NCBI GenBank assembly: GCA_037917675.1
Contig: JAVCBW010000025.1
Span: 4,550-68,549, forward strand
Source: Thermoproteota archaeon
GTDB taxonomy: Archaea; Korarchaeota; Korarchaeia; B14-G2
DNA: 64,000 nucleotides
Reading direction: 5' to 3'
The notes under the pieces were generated by a model. It did not search any database. It was not told the origin of the DNA and worked only from the letters and a program-made list of their open reading frames with translations. Made by a program: the position numbers and the translations under genes. Below, piece after piece: positions 28,307-37,662 of this stretch (within the stretch, counting starts at the first letter, position 1; each line of letters opens with the position of its first letter).

Positions 28307-28746
28307 CCAAGACGCCTAGCTACTTCCTCTACTGTAACATATTTCCCGCTTAACCTCCTAGCACTGGACTTAGGAAGCTTGCTGCCATCAACCTTCTCAA
28401 CATCTTCAAGGTGCTTTGGAGTACCTATGAAAACCTTCAGCTTCCTTAGTGCTTCTCTGCCCCTGTACTGATCTCTTGGAACCATGCCTCTTATGGCTCT
28501 CCAGACTATCCTATCAGGTCTTCGCGTTGCAAAGGAGCCTTTAAGAGGTGAAGCTCTGTCTTTCCTATGGAGCCTAGCCAGGTAATCCTCAAATGTAACA
28601 TCTGATCTCCCAGATATCACCGCCTTCTCACAGTTTACAACCCACACCCTATAGCCTTCTAGAAGCTTTTTTGCTACAAAGCTTGCCATCCTACCTAATA
28701 TCAATCCTGATGCATCAACTACTATCACGTCTCTGTCTAGCTGCAT
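28294..28746 (-). CDS. rpl13: 50S ribosomal protein L13
   Basis: VVDASGLILGRMAS N-terminus. Confidence 0.85.
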   Translation of the reverse strand: MQLDRDVIVVDASGLILGRMASFVAKKLLEGYRVWVVNCEKAVISGRSDVTFEDYLARLHRKDRASPLKGSFATRRPDRIVWRAIRGMVPRDQYRGREALRKLKVFIGTPKHLEDVEKVDGSKLPKSSARRLSGKYVTVEEVARRLGWNP

Positions 28747-28756
28747 GTCTTAGACC

Positions 28757-29092
28757 TCATATGATTAACTTGATGTTAGGGCCTCTTGGAGGCTCGTCTA
28801 GCTCCCACATGTATATATACTTGCATCCGGCTTCCTCCAGCTTTTTAAGGCTTCCCTTGGTAAAGGATACTGCAATCACTGTTATCTTGTGGTCTATTTT
28901 ACCTCCACCTAAAACTACTCCAGGAACTACAGCTATGTCACCTTCCCTTGTCAAGTAGTTCAGTTTTTCAACATTTACTTCAACCATCTTTCTTCTAGGT
29001 CTCTTGACATATCGATAAACTACCTTCCAGAGCTTTGAGTAGTTTTTTAGCGTTCTGAGCTTCTTCTTGGCTAGATACCTATGGGATACCAT
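28757..29092 (-). CDS. rpl18e: 50S ribosomal protein L18e
   Basis: Sequence pattern and position in the operon. Confidence 0.8.
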   Translation of the reverse strand: MVSHRYLAKKKLRTLKNYSKLWKVVYRYVKRPRRKMVEVNVEKLNYLTREGDIAVVPGVVLGGGKIDHKITVIAVSFTKGSLKKLEEAGCKYIYMWELDEPPRGPNIKLII

Positions 29093-29123
29093 TGTGACGC
29101 ACCAGAAGTCTCTCCTATCAGAG

Positions 29124-29220
29124 TGCGGGGGGTGGGATTTGAACCCACGAACCCCTAAGGGACAGGGTTCATGAGGAGCTCCTCATCCCTGCGCCGTTGA
29201 CCAGGCTTGGCGACCCCCGC
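29124..29220 (-). tRNA. tRNA-Leu (anticodon GAG) with intron in anticodon loop
   Basis: Acceptor GCGGGGG/CCCCCGC plus A, T-arm GTGGGTTCAAATCCCAC, long variable arm. Anticodon stem CAGGG/CCCTG with loop AUGAGG interrupted by an intron of about 12 nt. No encoded CCA. Confidence 0.7.
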
Positions 29221-29244
29221 ACCACTGAGTGTAGTGGGCGGGGA

Positions 29245-29253
29245 GTTAAAAAC
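29245..29253 (-). promoter_or_regulatory. TATA-like box (TTTTTAAC on the minus strand) about 25 nt upstream of tRNA-Leu
   Basis: AT-rich element at the correct spacing in an otherwise GC-rich leader. Confidence 0.4.
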
Positions 29254-29318
29254 TAATCGCCTAGTGTAGCTGGTAGGAGCCTGCCTTATGCTGGTGGAAA
29301 AAGTGCTAGATTGGGCTG

Positions 29319-30137
29319 TCATATGACTACAGCTTCTAGTATTCCCTTTGTATACTTTTTGAGCTCTTCTAGCTTCTTCACTAGAGTGTCTAGAGCCCTC
29401 TCAACTATCTGCTTTGGAGGGATGGCGCCTACAGACTCCAGCTTGAATATGAAGCATGATGGGTCTCCTTTCACCTCTATCGCAGCCTTCGGGCACTTCC
29501 TCACGCAAGACTTGCATAGGGAGCATTCCTCCTGGCTTCTAGCTACTATTTTTCCATTTTCTTCTATTAACACGTGCTTCGGGCAGTATTTTATGCAGAT
29601 GCCGCAGGAATCGCATTTCTCTAGATCTATTGTGATTATTGGCATGTACTTGTATGAGACTGTTGAGACTGGCTGCCACTTAGCATGGTCCTTTCCAGTC
29701 CCCAGGCGGGCTACAGCCTGCAGGTTGAGCCTCTCTCCTTTCATTAATGTTACAATGGGTATCTTTTGGGAGACTGGCTGGACATCAGGTGCTGTTGATT
29801 TAAGTGAGCTTGAGTAGATAACCTTGTAATCTACATCACTTTTCTCATCTAGGTCCAGGACTACAGTACACTTAGGGCAGCCTCCTCCACCACACTCACA
29901 TTCTGATGGCAGGTTTAGGGAGTTTATGTCTGCCTTTAGTGGTATGAGGCTAAGCCTATGAGCAATATACTCATCAAAGAAGGCAGTAGTATTCTCGAAG
30001 AAGATGACTTCATCTATAGCTAGTGTGGGGACTTCTGTGAGGATCGCCCTCCTGAGGGCGTTAGCTTTAGCAGGAGAGGCTTCCCTCAGAATAAACTTCA
30101 TTTTGACCCCTTCAATCTCCATCTTCTCGATTCTCAT
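29319..30137 (-). CDS. rpoD: RNA polymerase subunit D (Rpo3) with ferredoxin-like 4Fe-4S domain
   Basis: CDSCGICIKYCP..CSLCKSCVRKCP cluster motifs inside an RpoD fold. Position in the operon. Confidence 0.8.
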   Translation of the reverse strand: MRIEKMEIEGVKMKFILREASPAKANALRRAILTEVPTLAIDEVIFFENTTAFFDEYIAHRLSLIPLKADINSLNLPSECECGGGGCPKCTVVLDLDEKSDVDYKVIYSSSLKSTAPDVQPVSQKIPIVTLMKGERLNLQAVARLGTGKDHAKWQPVSTVSYKYMPIITIDLEKCDSCGICIKYCPKHVLIEENGKIVARSQEECSLCKSCVRKCPKAAIEVKGDPSCFIFKLESVGAIPPKQIVERALDTLVKKLEELKKYTKGILEAVVI

Positions 30138-31083
30138 AGCTACCTCCTCTTCTCTTGCTGAGAAGAACCTCAGCCCATGGGTTGTCCTCGAAGACGTCAG
30201 ATTGTGGAGGGGGCTCCTGACGAGATAGGTCTATGCCTGTAGAGACTTCCTTGTCAGCATGTTCTAGTGGCATCTTATGGGACAATGAGGCTTTTGACTG
30301 AGAGGCTTGTGTGCTGGATGCTAGCAGCGATCTCAGTTCTCTCTTTAGTGTGTCAAGCTCTCTTGAAAGGCTCTGGAGATCTTGCATCTGCCTACTGCTC
30401 CCAGCTTTCTCTAGGAGGAGAGGGAGGAGGATGGAGTAGTATTTGTTTCTCTCGCTTAGAACCTCGCGTACAACTTCTCTTATCGTGTCTGATAGAATGT
30501 TGATGCTGCGAATTAATGCTCCTAGTTGCTCTGCTGTGATCGTCAGCTTTTCTTCGCTAGGCTCTTTTGAGCATGGATGCCTATGTGGGTGCGTTGAGGA
30601 GCTTTCAGAAGAAAACTTCTTTAGGACTTCACTTCTCATGGCTGTCTGTGGTGGCTGATCAGCTGTGGTTTTATGCTGTATGTCGTGTCGCCTCTGAGAG
30701 GTCCTTAAGGCTATGGAGCTGATGTCTTCTACTGGAGATGTGGCATCAGGGACTACTTCTACTATCTCCACCTTACCTGGATCATCTAGGATTGAGTTGA
30801 GCTCTCTCTCTAGGCTATCTAGGTCTGAGGAGACTATTTCAGGGACATACACGATTATCTTGTCTGCTTCCTTCTCTATCTTCCGTATTTCGCTGACGAG
30901 CGACGTTAGAGGGCCTTGATCCACATCAAACTCTCTTACAGCGATGACGAGATCTCTGATGCGTCTTCCCTCCCAGCTAGGTAAGCTGAGGTTTATTGGG
31001 TCATATTTCCTAAGTAGGCTTCTTCTTTCCTCTAGCTTCCTTAGAGTTATCCTTTGCCTCGTGACTCCACCTAGAGCAGCCAT
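30112..31083 (-). CDS. Hypothetical low-complexity/coiled-coil protein inserted between rps11 and rpoD
   Basis: 323-aa ORF rich in S, Q and E, with no recognisable domain. It tightly fills the S11-RpoD gap. Confidence 0.4.
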   Translation of the reverse strand: MAALGGVTRQRITLRKLEERRSLLRKYDPINLSLPSWEGRRIRDLVIAVREFDVDQGPLTSLVSEIRKIEKEADKIIVYVPEIVSSDLDSLERELNSILDDPGKVEIVEVVPDATSPVEDISSIALRTSQRRHDIQHKTTADQPPQTAMRSEVLKKFSSESSSTHPHRHPCSKEPSEEKLTITAEQLGALIRSINILSDTIREVVREVLSERNKYYSILLPLLLEKAGSSRQMQDLQSLSRELDTLKRELRSLLASSTQASQSKASLSHKMPLEHADKEVSTGIDLSRQEPPPQSDVFEDNPWAEVLLSKRRGGSYENREDGD

Positions 31084-31085
31084 GT

Positions 31086-31493
31086 TTACACTCTTCTCCC
31101 TCTTCTGCCTCCAGCTCTCCTAGTTCCATCATGTGGTATGGGCGTCACATCTTCTATCCTTCTTATCCTGAGGCCTGCTCTAGCAAGTGCTCTAACAGCA
31201 CCCTGAGCACCTGGCCCAGGTATCCTGGAGCCGTTTCCGCCTGGAGCCCTTATTTTTATGTCAATTACTGTGATGCCAGCTTGCTTTAGATCTCTTGCCA
31301 CAGCATGTGCTGCCTTCAGGGCAGCATAAGCTGAGCCCTCTTCTCGATCTGCTTTGACGAACATGCCGCCAGAGTATCTGGCTATTGTTTCTCCACCAAG
31401 AGGATCCGTTGCATGAATTATCGTATCATTGAACGATGAATATATATGTACTACAGCTACCTTCTCAGGCGTCTTACCTGACATCAGCATCAC
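31086..31493 (-). CDS. rps11: 30S ribosomal protein S11
   Basis: [17 protein letters not shown] motif, with an R/G-rich C-terminal tail. Confidence 0.85.
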   Translation of the reverse strand: MMLMSGKTPEKVAVVHIYSSFNDTIIHATDPLGGETIARYSGGMFVKADREEGSAYAALKAAHAVARDLKQAGITVIDIKIRAPGGNGSRIPGPGAQGAVRALARAGLRIRRIEDVTPIPHDGTRRAGGRRGRRV

Positions 31494-31969
31494 CCTCCTC
31501 TGCTCCTGAGCTCAACCTTATCCTCTTCATCTACTGGCACAAGGTAGCTTGGTGTCTTAATAACTCTACCATTTACCGCTATGTGACGGTGGGTTATGAG
31601 CTGCCTAGCATGCCATATCGACTTTGCAAGGCCCTTCTTGTATACGACAGTCTGCAGCCTTCTATCGAGGACATTTGATACAGTTAACCCAAGTATGTCA
31701 TCTAATGTCGACTCAGGCGGTAATACCCCCAGTTTTGTAAGCTTCGATAGTATCTGGGACTGTAGAGGCTCTCGTTGGTCTTCTGGTAGAGCCTGGAGCT
31801 GCATCGCTATCCTGCGATACTTCCGGACTATAGCAGCAGCCCTCCATATCTCTCTCTTGTTTCTTAAACCATATTTTGCTACAAGCTCAAGCTCCTTTTC
31901 AAGGCGAGCTTTATCCCATGGGTGCTTTGGAGTTATGTACTTCTTTCTCTGCTTCCTCGGGTCACCCAA
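31490..31969 (-). CDS. rps4: 30S ribosomal protein S4
   Basis: [19 protein letters not shown]-terminus and an S4 domain. Confidence 0.85.
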   Translation of the reverse strand: MGDPRKQRKKYITPKHPWDKARLEKELELVAKYGLRNKREIWRAAAIVRKYRRIAMQLQALPEDQREPLQSQILSKLTKLGVLPPESTLDDILGLTVSNVLDRRLQTVVYKKGLAKSIWHARQLITHRHIAVNGRVIKTPSYLVPVDEEDKVELRSRGG

Positions 31970-31979
31970 CTACTACCAC

Positions 31980-32438
31980 CTACTTCTTCTTCTTACTATA
32001 CCCTACAGTACGCCCTCTTCTTCCTGTTGTCCTTGTTCTCTGCCCTCTGACTTTGAGGCCCAGCATGTGCCTTATTCCCCTCCAGCACCTCATCTTCTTC
32101 AAGCGGTCTATATCCATCTTTTCAACAAGCTTAACCCTAGAGCCTACTATGTGCTTGTCTTCTCCTGTTATAGGATCCCTTCTCCTATTATATAGCCAGG
32201 AGGGGATTCCATACTTATCTGGGCTTTTCAGCACATCCTCTATCTTCTTTATGTCTTCGCTAGAGAGGAATCCAAGTGGTTTTAGGGGGTCTAGGCCGAG
32301 TATGCGTACTACTGCATTTGAAAAGCTGTAGCTTACCCCAGGTAGCTTTGTCAGAGCAAACAAGACAGCCTTATGGCCTTCTAGATCTGTATCGAACATC
32401 CTGACTATATGCTTGAGCTTCTCTCCTCCTTCAGCCAT
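31980..32438 (-). CDS. rps13: 30S ribosomal protein S13
   Basis: C-terminal RGQRTRTTGRRG. Confidence 0.85.
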   Translation of the reverse strand: MAEGGEKLKHIVRMFDTDLEGHKAVLFALTKLPGVSYSFSNAVVRILGLDPLKPLGFLSSEDIKKIEDVLKSPDKYGIPSWLYNRRRDPITGEDKHIVGSRVKLVEKMDIDRLKKMRCWRGIRHMLGLKVRGQRTRTTGRRGRTVGYSKKKK

Positions 32439-32457
32439 ATGCAGCCCTCAGCAGCTA

Positions 32458-32555
32458 CGCCGGGGGTGGGATTTGAACCCACGCGGCCACAAAGGCCACG
32501 GGCTATCTTCCACATGGCTCCAGGCCCGCCCCCTTCCTGGCTAGGGCACCCCGGC
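32458..32555 (-). tRNA. tRNA-Ser (anticodon GGA) with intron after position 37
   Basis: Acceptor GCCGGGG/CCCCGGC plus G. Anticodon stem CGGGC/GCCCG with loop CUGGAG|intron(about 13 nt)|A. Long variable arm TGGCCTTTGTGGCCG. T-arm GTGGGTTCAAATCCCAC. Confidence 0.65.
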
Positions 32556-32565
32556 TCCTATAAGC

Positions 32566-33327
32566 TCACCACACTCTAGGGTATATATCCCTATCCATTA
32601 AGACTCTGATGGTCTTAGCTGCTCTACCATACTCTCTCTCTAGGAGCTCTTCTGCAGAGAGTAAGGTGATGGCTAGAGCTATAGCTTCCCCTTTCAATGT
32701 CATTACTACAACAAGGTCTCCCTTCTTGATACCTTTAGTCAGCTTACAGATTCCAGGTATCCCAAGGTCTGCTCCATAGCATATTGCATTGACAGCTGTG
32801 TCCTTAACGTATAGCTTAGGTAGATGGGATAGAGCTTCTTCCATGGGCACTATAGCTCTCCTTAGGTGAGAGGCATCACCTTCCTCCCTCCACTTCCTTA
32901 TAGCATACTCTAGATAGTGGAGTGTTGTAAGCCCCTTCTCCTCAGCTAGTGGCCCCACTTGGATTCTCCTAAGCTCCACCATGTGTGCGCCAGCTCCCAT
33001 AGCCTCTCCGATGTCATGTACTAGCTTCCTGATGTAGGTTCCTGCTTCACATGTCACTCTAAGAAGGACGTATCTTCCCTCTTTCTCTAGGAGCTCTATT
33101 GCATATATCTTCCTGACTCTGAGCCTTCGCTTGACAGCAGACTTTAGAGGGGGCCTCTGGAAGATCTCTCCTGTGAACTGTTTCAGTGTACTAGCTAGAA
33201 GGCTGTCAGGCACGTCTCTGTGAAGCTTCATAAGGCACACGTAGGTCTTTGGTGTCGTCAGTAGAACCTTGCTTATCTTTGTAGCATGCCCTAGGACTAC
33301 TGGGAGCAGGCCGCTGGCAGGAGGATC
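32566..33327 (-). CDS. cbf5: Cbf5 (box H/ACA snoRNP pseudouridine synthase) exon 2
   Basis: After removal of the intron the reading frame continues GTL|DPPASGLLPVVLGHATKISKVLL... into the TruB catalytic and PUA domains. The ORF-track entry 32566..33240 is the part after the first Met. Confidence 0.7.
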   Translation of the reverse strand, partial: DPPASGLLPVVLGHATKISKVLLTTPKTYVCLMKLHRDVPDSLLASTLKQFTGEIFQRPPLKSAVKRRLRVRKIYAIELLEKEGRYVLLRVTCEAGTYIRKLVHDIGEAMGAGAHMVELRRIQVGPLAEEKGLTTLHYLEYAIRKWREEGDASHLRRAIVPMEEALSHLPKLYVKDTAVNAICYGADLGIPGICKLTKGIKKGDLVVVMTLKGEAIALAITLLSAEELLEREYGRAAKTIRVLMDRDIYPRVW

Positions 33328-33352
33328 TCCCCTGCCCTCCCTAGAGGGCAGC
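33328..33352 (-). other. Short (about 25 nt) bulge-helix-bulge-type intron inside cbf5
   Basis: Excision joins KVGHCGTL to DP..., restoring the universally conserved GTLDP motif. The intron can form a CUGCCC/GGGCAG helix. Boundaries are accurate to about 2 nt. Confidence 0.6.
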
Positions 33353-33556
33353 TAGGGTCCCGCAGTGGCCTACCTTAGCCTTGAATCCGAGAATAGCCTT
33401 AATCCAGCTTACTACATCACCTGATGTTGGGCCCCTCGGCTTGTCTAGAGGGATGACACCAGTCTTGAGGAGGAGCTCAGGTGGCCGCTTATATGGAGGG
33501 ACACCATAGCTTGGATCAGTCTCACATTCACATATTGTAACCAGTTCCTGAGCCAC
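33353..33556 (-). CDS. cbf5: Cbf5 exon 1
   Basis: MAQELV...KVGHCGTL, the N-terminal TruB region up to the catalytic-Asp motif. It ends in a stop unless spliced. Confidence 0.7.
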
Positions 33557-33843
33557 TAAGACTTCACCTGCCTCTTAACTATGTCTTTCTCTGAGAGTAT
33601 GTTTGCTTCAAGAAGTTTCTTGGCTACTTCCTCGTCGCTTGCATCCTCCTCTATGTCGAGTGCATAGGGGAGAGGCTCCAGGTGCTTTATGTTGCACTTT
33701 CTCCTCCTAACACCTGTAAGATTCGGTGGGCCTGTTATCAGCCTGTAGTTCTTGTCGATAACCCTCACTACCACGCATTTCCTTCCAGCTTCTCGGCCAG
33801 CTGTCTTAACACAGACCCTACCTACACCAAGCAGATATGCCAT
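33556..33843 (-). CDS. rpl14e: 50S ribosomal protein L14e
   Basis: KOW-like N-terminus GRVCVKTAGREAGRKCVVV. Confidence 0.8.
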   Translation of the reverse strand: MAYLLGVGRVCVKTAGREAGRKCVVVRVIDKNYRLITGPPNLTGVRRRKCNIKHLEPLPYALDIEEDASDEEVAKKLLEANILSEKDIVKRQVKS

Positions 33844-33857
33844 GGTCCAGCACCTCG

Positions 33858-34154
33858 CTAGCTCTGGGCTTCAAGTAGATGAAGACCTTCTGCTATAACC
33901 TCCCTCTTAATATTTTCTCTCAGGCACTTTGGGCAGAGGTATCCTCCATAGGGCCTGTTCGGCCTCCTCATGGACTTGGAGAGCTTCCTTATCTCGGCTT
34001 TAGGGCCTGTTGGGACAGCATTTAACCTTCCCTTGCAGATGGCGCACTTAGCATAGCTATGCCTCTTCTTCTTATAGTGTATCACAGTGCGGCCACCAGG
34101 TGTCCTTACAAATCGCCTCTTCAGGCTCCTAGACCTGTATCTTGGCGCAGGCAT
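33858..34154 (-). CDS. rpl34e: 50S ribosomal protein L34e
   Basis: [25 protein letters not shown] zinc pattern. Confidence 0.8.
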   Translation of the reverse strand: MPAPRYRSRSLKRRFVRTPGGRTVIHYKKKRHSYAKCAICKGRLNAVPTGPKAEIRKLSKSMRRPNRPYGGYLCPKCLRENIKREVIAEGLHLLEAQS

Positions 34155-34157
34155 CTG

Positions 34158-34691
34158 CTACACCTCAGGTTGCATGCCGAGTAGCTTATTCAGTATGACA
34201 GATGTGGTGAGAGAGAATAACATGTAGAAGCCGATATAGCCAAGCTCCCATCCTGACATGACAGAGCCTCTATGAAAGAGGCCTTGAAGCGGAAGAGGGA
34301 ATGGCAAAGCTACTATCGGTATCTCTAGGTACATGCCTCTGAGCACATAGAAGACTACGATCATGGGAATCATGAGAAGAGCCGTTGGCATAAGCTGCAT
34401 CTTAAGAAGCTCCGACTTTATGGGTGCTATAACCCTCTCCCTGCGTTTTACCTGGGCTTCAAGCTTCTTCTTTACCTTTGGATCCTTCTCTCTGAGCGCT
34501 TGGAGCCTTAGCTGGTCAAACTCCCTCACTTTGACCATGTACTCTCTAAGCTTCTCTTGGTCTACAAGCCTTCTGTTGACTAGAATCGTGGCAGCGTTTA
34601 TCAGCAGAGATAAAGCTGCTAGGAACGCCATGGAGTATGGTGGTGTCCTTAGAAGCATCAGTAGATCACTCAGCTGCATAGGTGATGTCAC
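34158..34691 (-). CDS. DUF106 membrane protein (EMC3/YidC-like, conserved next to secY)
   Basis: Three transmembrane segments with a charged coiled loop. Position in the operon. Confidence 0.55.
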   Translation of the reverse strand: MTSPMQLSDLLMLLRTPPYSMAFLAALSLLINAATILVNRRLVDQEKLREYMVKVREFDQLRLQALREKDPKVKKKLEAQVKRRERVIAPIKSELLKMQLMPTALLMIPMIVVFYVLRGMYLEIPIVALPFPLPLQGLFHRGSVMSGWELGYIGFYMLFSLTTSVILNKLLGMQPEV

Positions 34692-36112
34692 CTCCCAAAG
34701 ATCCTCCTTACCACAGGATACATTTCTTCTAGCCTCTCTCTCATTAAGATCTCATAGAACGAGTAGAGTATGGATACAGCCAGCAGGATGCCAGATCCAG
34801 TTCCCAGAGCTCCTAGCATATCTGCAAATGCTGAGAGGAGCGCTATAAAGATGCCTCCAAGTATCGTCACAGCATTGATGTACCTCCTGAGCCTCTGTGC
34901 TATTATCTTGGGTGAAGCTCTGGATCCTGGGATTTGTAGCCCTGACTTCACCAGTTGAGTAGCTACTGAGTCAGCATCCATGCCTGCTGTATAGACCCAC
35001 ATTACTGAGAAAGCTATACAAACTATGATCAGGAGAAGAGTGTATACTAGGGTCTTCACTGGATACGTGAACACTGAGGAGAGGCCTTGTGGAGGAGTTA
35101 AGTAGTATGCTAGCCCGCTGACTGGCACTATGTCACCATAGCGGGTATAGTTGTATACTCCAAATATCCTGACCACCGTTGAGGCAAGCTTAGAGCTACT
35201 GTACCCGAATTTCTCCCAGAGTATCCTGCTTACTAGGGATAATTCCGCAAAGAAGGCTGCACCGAATATTATAGGTATGTTTGAGACATATAATAGCTTA
35301 ATGGGGTACTTACCCCGGTATCCTCCGTACCTAGTATATGCTAGGGGAACGTTTATGTATACGTTGAAAGCTACTATGACTATTGCGAATGCTATAAGTG
35401 TTGCTATGAAGCCAACCACATTTGGGGCATATGACCGGTTTACTGCTGCAGGGCCCTCTAGGATAAGAGCGGGAAATGCCCCTACAACAACCTCGCCAAG
35501 CTCAGGATACTTTACTTTAAGCGGAGAGAAAGACTTCCAAATCACTTCCTGTGCAACAGATGCAAGTATAAAGAGGCTTATACCACTGCCAATACCCCAT
35601 CTAGAGCATAGCTCATCAAGCATCATCAAGAGGAAGCTACCAATGAAAAGCTGAAGGATTATGGCAGCTGCAATACCTCTTGAAATCTGGACGCCTATCC
35701 TGCCAAATCTGCCTGATAGCACATAGACTGTAGCTTCTACCAAGATCACTATTATACCAAGGAGCTTTTGAGCTGCCTGGAATACTTTACGGTCTTCAGG
35801 ATCACTGAGGTCAAGCTTGATCAATCTTCCCCCTACAAGGATCTCCATGACTATGCCAGCTGTGACTATGGGGCCTATGCCAAGATCGATGAGAGAACCG
35901 GCGTTTCCAGCCAAGATGAACCTAAATGAGGCAAAGTAGTCTTTGGCTCGTTCTGAAGCTCCATATATAGGTATTTCCGCTAGGATGAAGTATGCTAGGA
36001 GCACTAGTGCTGTCCAGAAGAACTTGGATCTCAGGACTACCCTCTTCTTTGGTGGCTCCACCTCAGGGATGATCTTGACAGCAGATAAAACAAAGCTTCT
36101 AAGAGATGGCAT
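34688..36112 (-). CDS. secY: Protein translocase subunit SecY
   Basis: 474 aa with 10 transmembrane segments, SecY pattern. Position after rpl15. Confidence 0.85.
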   Translation of the reverse strand: MPSLRSFVLSAVKIIPEVEPPKKRVVLRSKFFWTALVLLAYFILAEIPIYGASERAKDYFASFRFILAGNAGSLIDLGIGPIVTAGIVMEILVGGRLIKLDLSDPEDRKVFQAAQKLLGIIVILVEATVYVLSGRFGRIGVQISRGIAAAIILQLFIGSFLLMMLDELCSRWGIGSGISLFILASVAQEVIWKSFSPLKVKYPELGEVVVGAFPALILEGPAAVNRSYAPNVVGFIATLIAFAIVIVAFNVYINVPLAYTRYGGYRGKYPIKLLYVSNIPIIFGAAFFAELSLVSRILWEKFGYSSSKLASTVVRIFGVYNYTRYGDIVPVSGLAYYLTPPQGLSSVFTYPVKTLVYTLLLIIVCIAFSVMWVYTAGMDADSVATQLVKSGLQIPGSRASPKIIAQRLRRYINAVTILGGIFIALLSAFADMLGALGTGSGILLAVSILYSFYEILMRERLEEMYPVVRRIFGR

Positions 36113-36569
36113 GTGGAGTGCTCACCACCTCTATAATGCCACCTGCTTCTTTAACCTTCTCAATAGCAGATTTAGATGCTGCAGCTGCTATGACGTGAAG
36201 AGGAGTGGAGATGCTACCTCTACCTAGGAGCTTCCCATAGCCTAACTCTATCAGGTTTACTACAGGCAGGCCTTTTTCATCTCTTTCGGATGGCCTAGCC
36301 TTTTTCGCTAGCTCTTCAAGCTGATCTACATTCAGAATGGGCTTCTCAACCTCGGTTTTCTTGGTTGGTGGCTTAAATCCTCTTCTACCTGCACCGAAGT
36401 AGTCTGGTGCATGCTTGACTATCCAGGTCCACTTATGCTTCTTAAGGCCAGCTTTCCCGAATCCTCCTCTAGCTCCGCTCCCTCTATGCTGGCCCTGTAT
36501 CCCATATCCGTGGGTTCTAGAGCCTCTTAGCTTCCTGGACTTCTTCCTAGGTCTTTTCCATGGCATCAT
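36099..36569 (-). CDS. rpl15: 50S ribosomal protein L15
   Basis: KRPRKKSRKLRGSRTHGYG N-terminus. Confidence 0.85.
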   Translation of the reverse strand: MMPWKRPRKKSRKLRGSRTHGYGIQGQHRGSGARGGFGKAGLKKHKWTWIVKHAPDYFGAGRRGFKPPTKKTEVEKPILNVDQLEELAKKARPSERDEKGLPVVNLIELGYGKLLGRGSISTPLHVIAAAASKSAIEKVKEAGGIIEVVSTPHAIS

Positions 36570-37060
36570 AGCATCCTCCTGATCAGCTTGTTTATAGCCT
36601 CACCTCTATACCCGAGCTCTCCCTTATCTGTTACATGTCTTTTTGTTGTCTTCTTAAATCCTCCTCTAGGCGGATGGAGCCTGAAGACTGGCTTGATGAA
36701 CTTTAGCCTTCTGATGTCAGCTTTCCCTGAGTATATTGCATCTGCGAGCTCCTCTATAGTGCTGAACTCCGACTTCTTTCTCAAGTATTCGTCTGTTATC
36801 CTTACGTTTCCGGGGCCTCTCCCTCTCTTCGCGATGAGATCTCTTAATGTGTCTTTAGATATCTCTCCATAGGTCACGTAGTCCTTAACTTTATGGAGCA
36901 TCCCTTTGATAGATGGGGATTCTCTGACCAATATCATGTGGAACTTTCTTGTAAGCCTGAGGAGCCTTAGAGTATGCCTTATATCTGGGTGGACCCCTAC
37001 AGTCCCTCTTATTCTTATTACAGCAAGCAGCTTACCTAGCTGGTCGCCCATCTCACACAC
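36566..37060 (-). CDS. rpl30: 50S ribosomal protein L30
   Basis: LAVIRIRGTVGV..TLRLLRL motif. Confidence 0.8.
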   Translation of the reverse strand: MCEMGDQLGKLLAVIRIRGTVGVHPDIRHTLRLLRLTRKFHMILVRESPSIKGMLHKVKDYVTYGEISKDTLRDLIAKRGRGPGNVRITDEYLRKKSEFSTIEELADAIYSGKADIRRLKFIKPVFRLHPPRGGFKKTTKRHVTDKGELGYRGEAINKLIRRML

Positions 37061-37063
37061 CAG

Positions 37064-37660
37064 CTAGAACTGGAATGCATGCTGGCTCTTGAGAGCATTA
37101 TACACAGCATAGGCGAAGTTTATCCTAGTGCTCTTGCTTCCTTTCGTAAATGACTTTATATCCTCTACACCAGCCATCATGAGAACCTTTTTCCCAGACT
37201 CTCCTATTACTAAGCCGCTGCCACGTGGTGCAGGTAGGAGATAGACTCTGACGCTCCCAGCTTTTCCATAAGCCTTGAACCTTAGTGAGTGAGGAAGATT
37301 ACACATACACCCCCATGCTCCACATCCTCTCAGTACAGGTATTATCGATAGCTTTGCTTCTCTCAGAGCTGCTCTTATAGCCTCTCGGAAGTTCCGTCCC
37401 TTACCTATCCCTATGCCTACATAGCCGTCCATGTTCCCTACTACAATGCATACTCTGAAGCTTGTGAGCTCTCCTGCGTCAGTTTGTCTCTGTACCATGT
37501 CTACGCTGATCAGGTCTTCTTTAAGGTCAGGCAGCAGAGTATCTACTATTTCAGGCTCTTTGATGGGGATTCCAAGCTTAAATATCTCGTCTATCGATGT
37601 TATCTCTCCCTCCTGTACCATCCTACCAAGCTTGGTTCTAGGAGCCCATTCCTCTGACAT
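37064..37660 (-). CDS. rps5: 30S ribosomal protein S5
   Basis: S5 dsRBD and C-terminal domain pattern. Position. Confidence 0.85.
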   Translation of the reverse strand: MSEEWAPRTKLGRMVQEGEITSIDEIFKLGIPIKEPEIVDTLLPDLKEDLISVDMVQRQTDAGELTSFRVCIVVGNMDGYVGIGIGKGRNFREAIRAALREAKLSIIPVLRGCGAWGCMCNLPHSLRFKAYGKAGSVRVYLLPAPRGSGLVIGESGKKVLMMAGVEDIKSFTKGSKSTRINFAYAVYNALKSQHAFQF

Positions 37661-37662
37661 GA

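Noticed and set aside
31596-32331. Plus-strand ORFs of 199 aa and 151 aa
   Set aside because: They are antisense to rps4, rps13 and rps11 in a conserved operon, with low-complexity translations. They are shadow ORFs.
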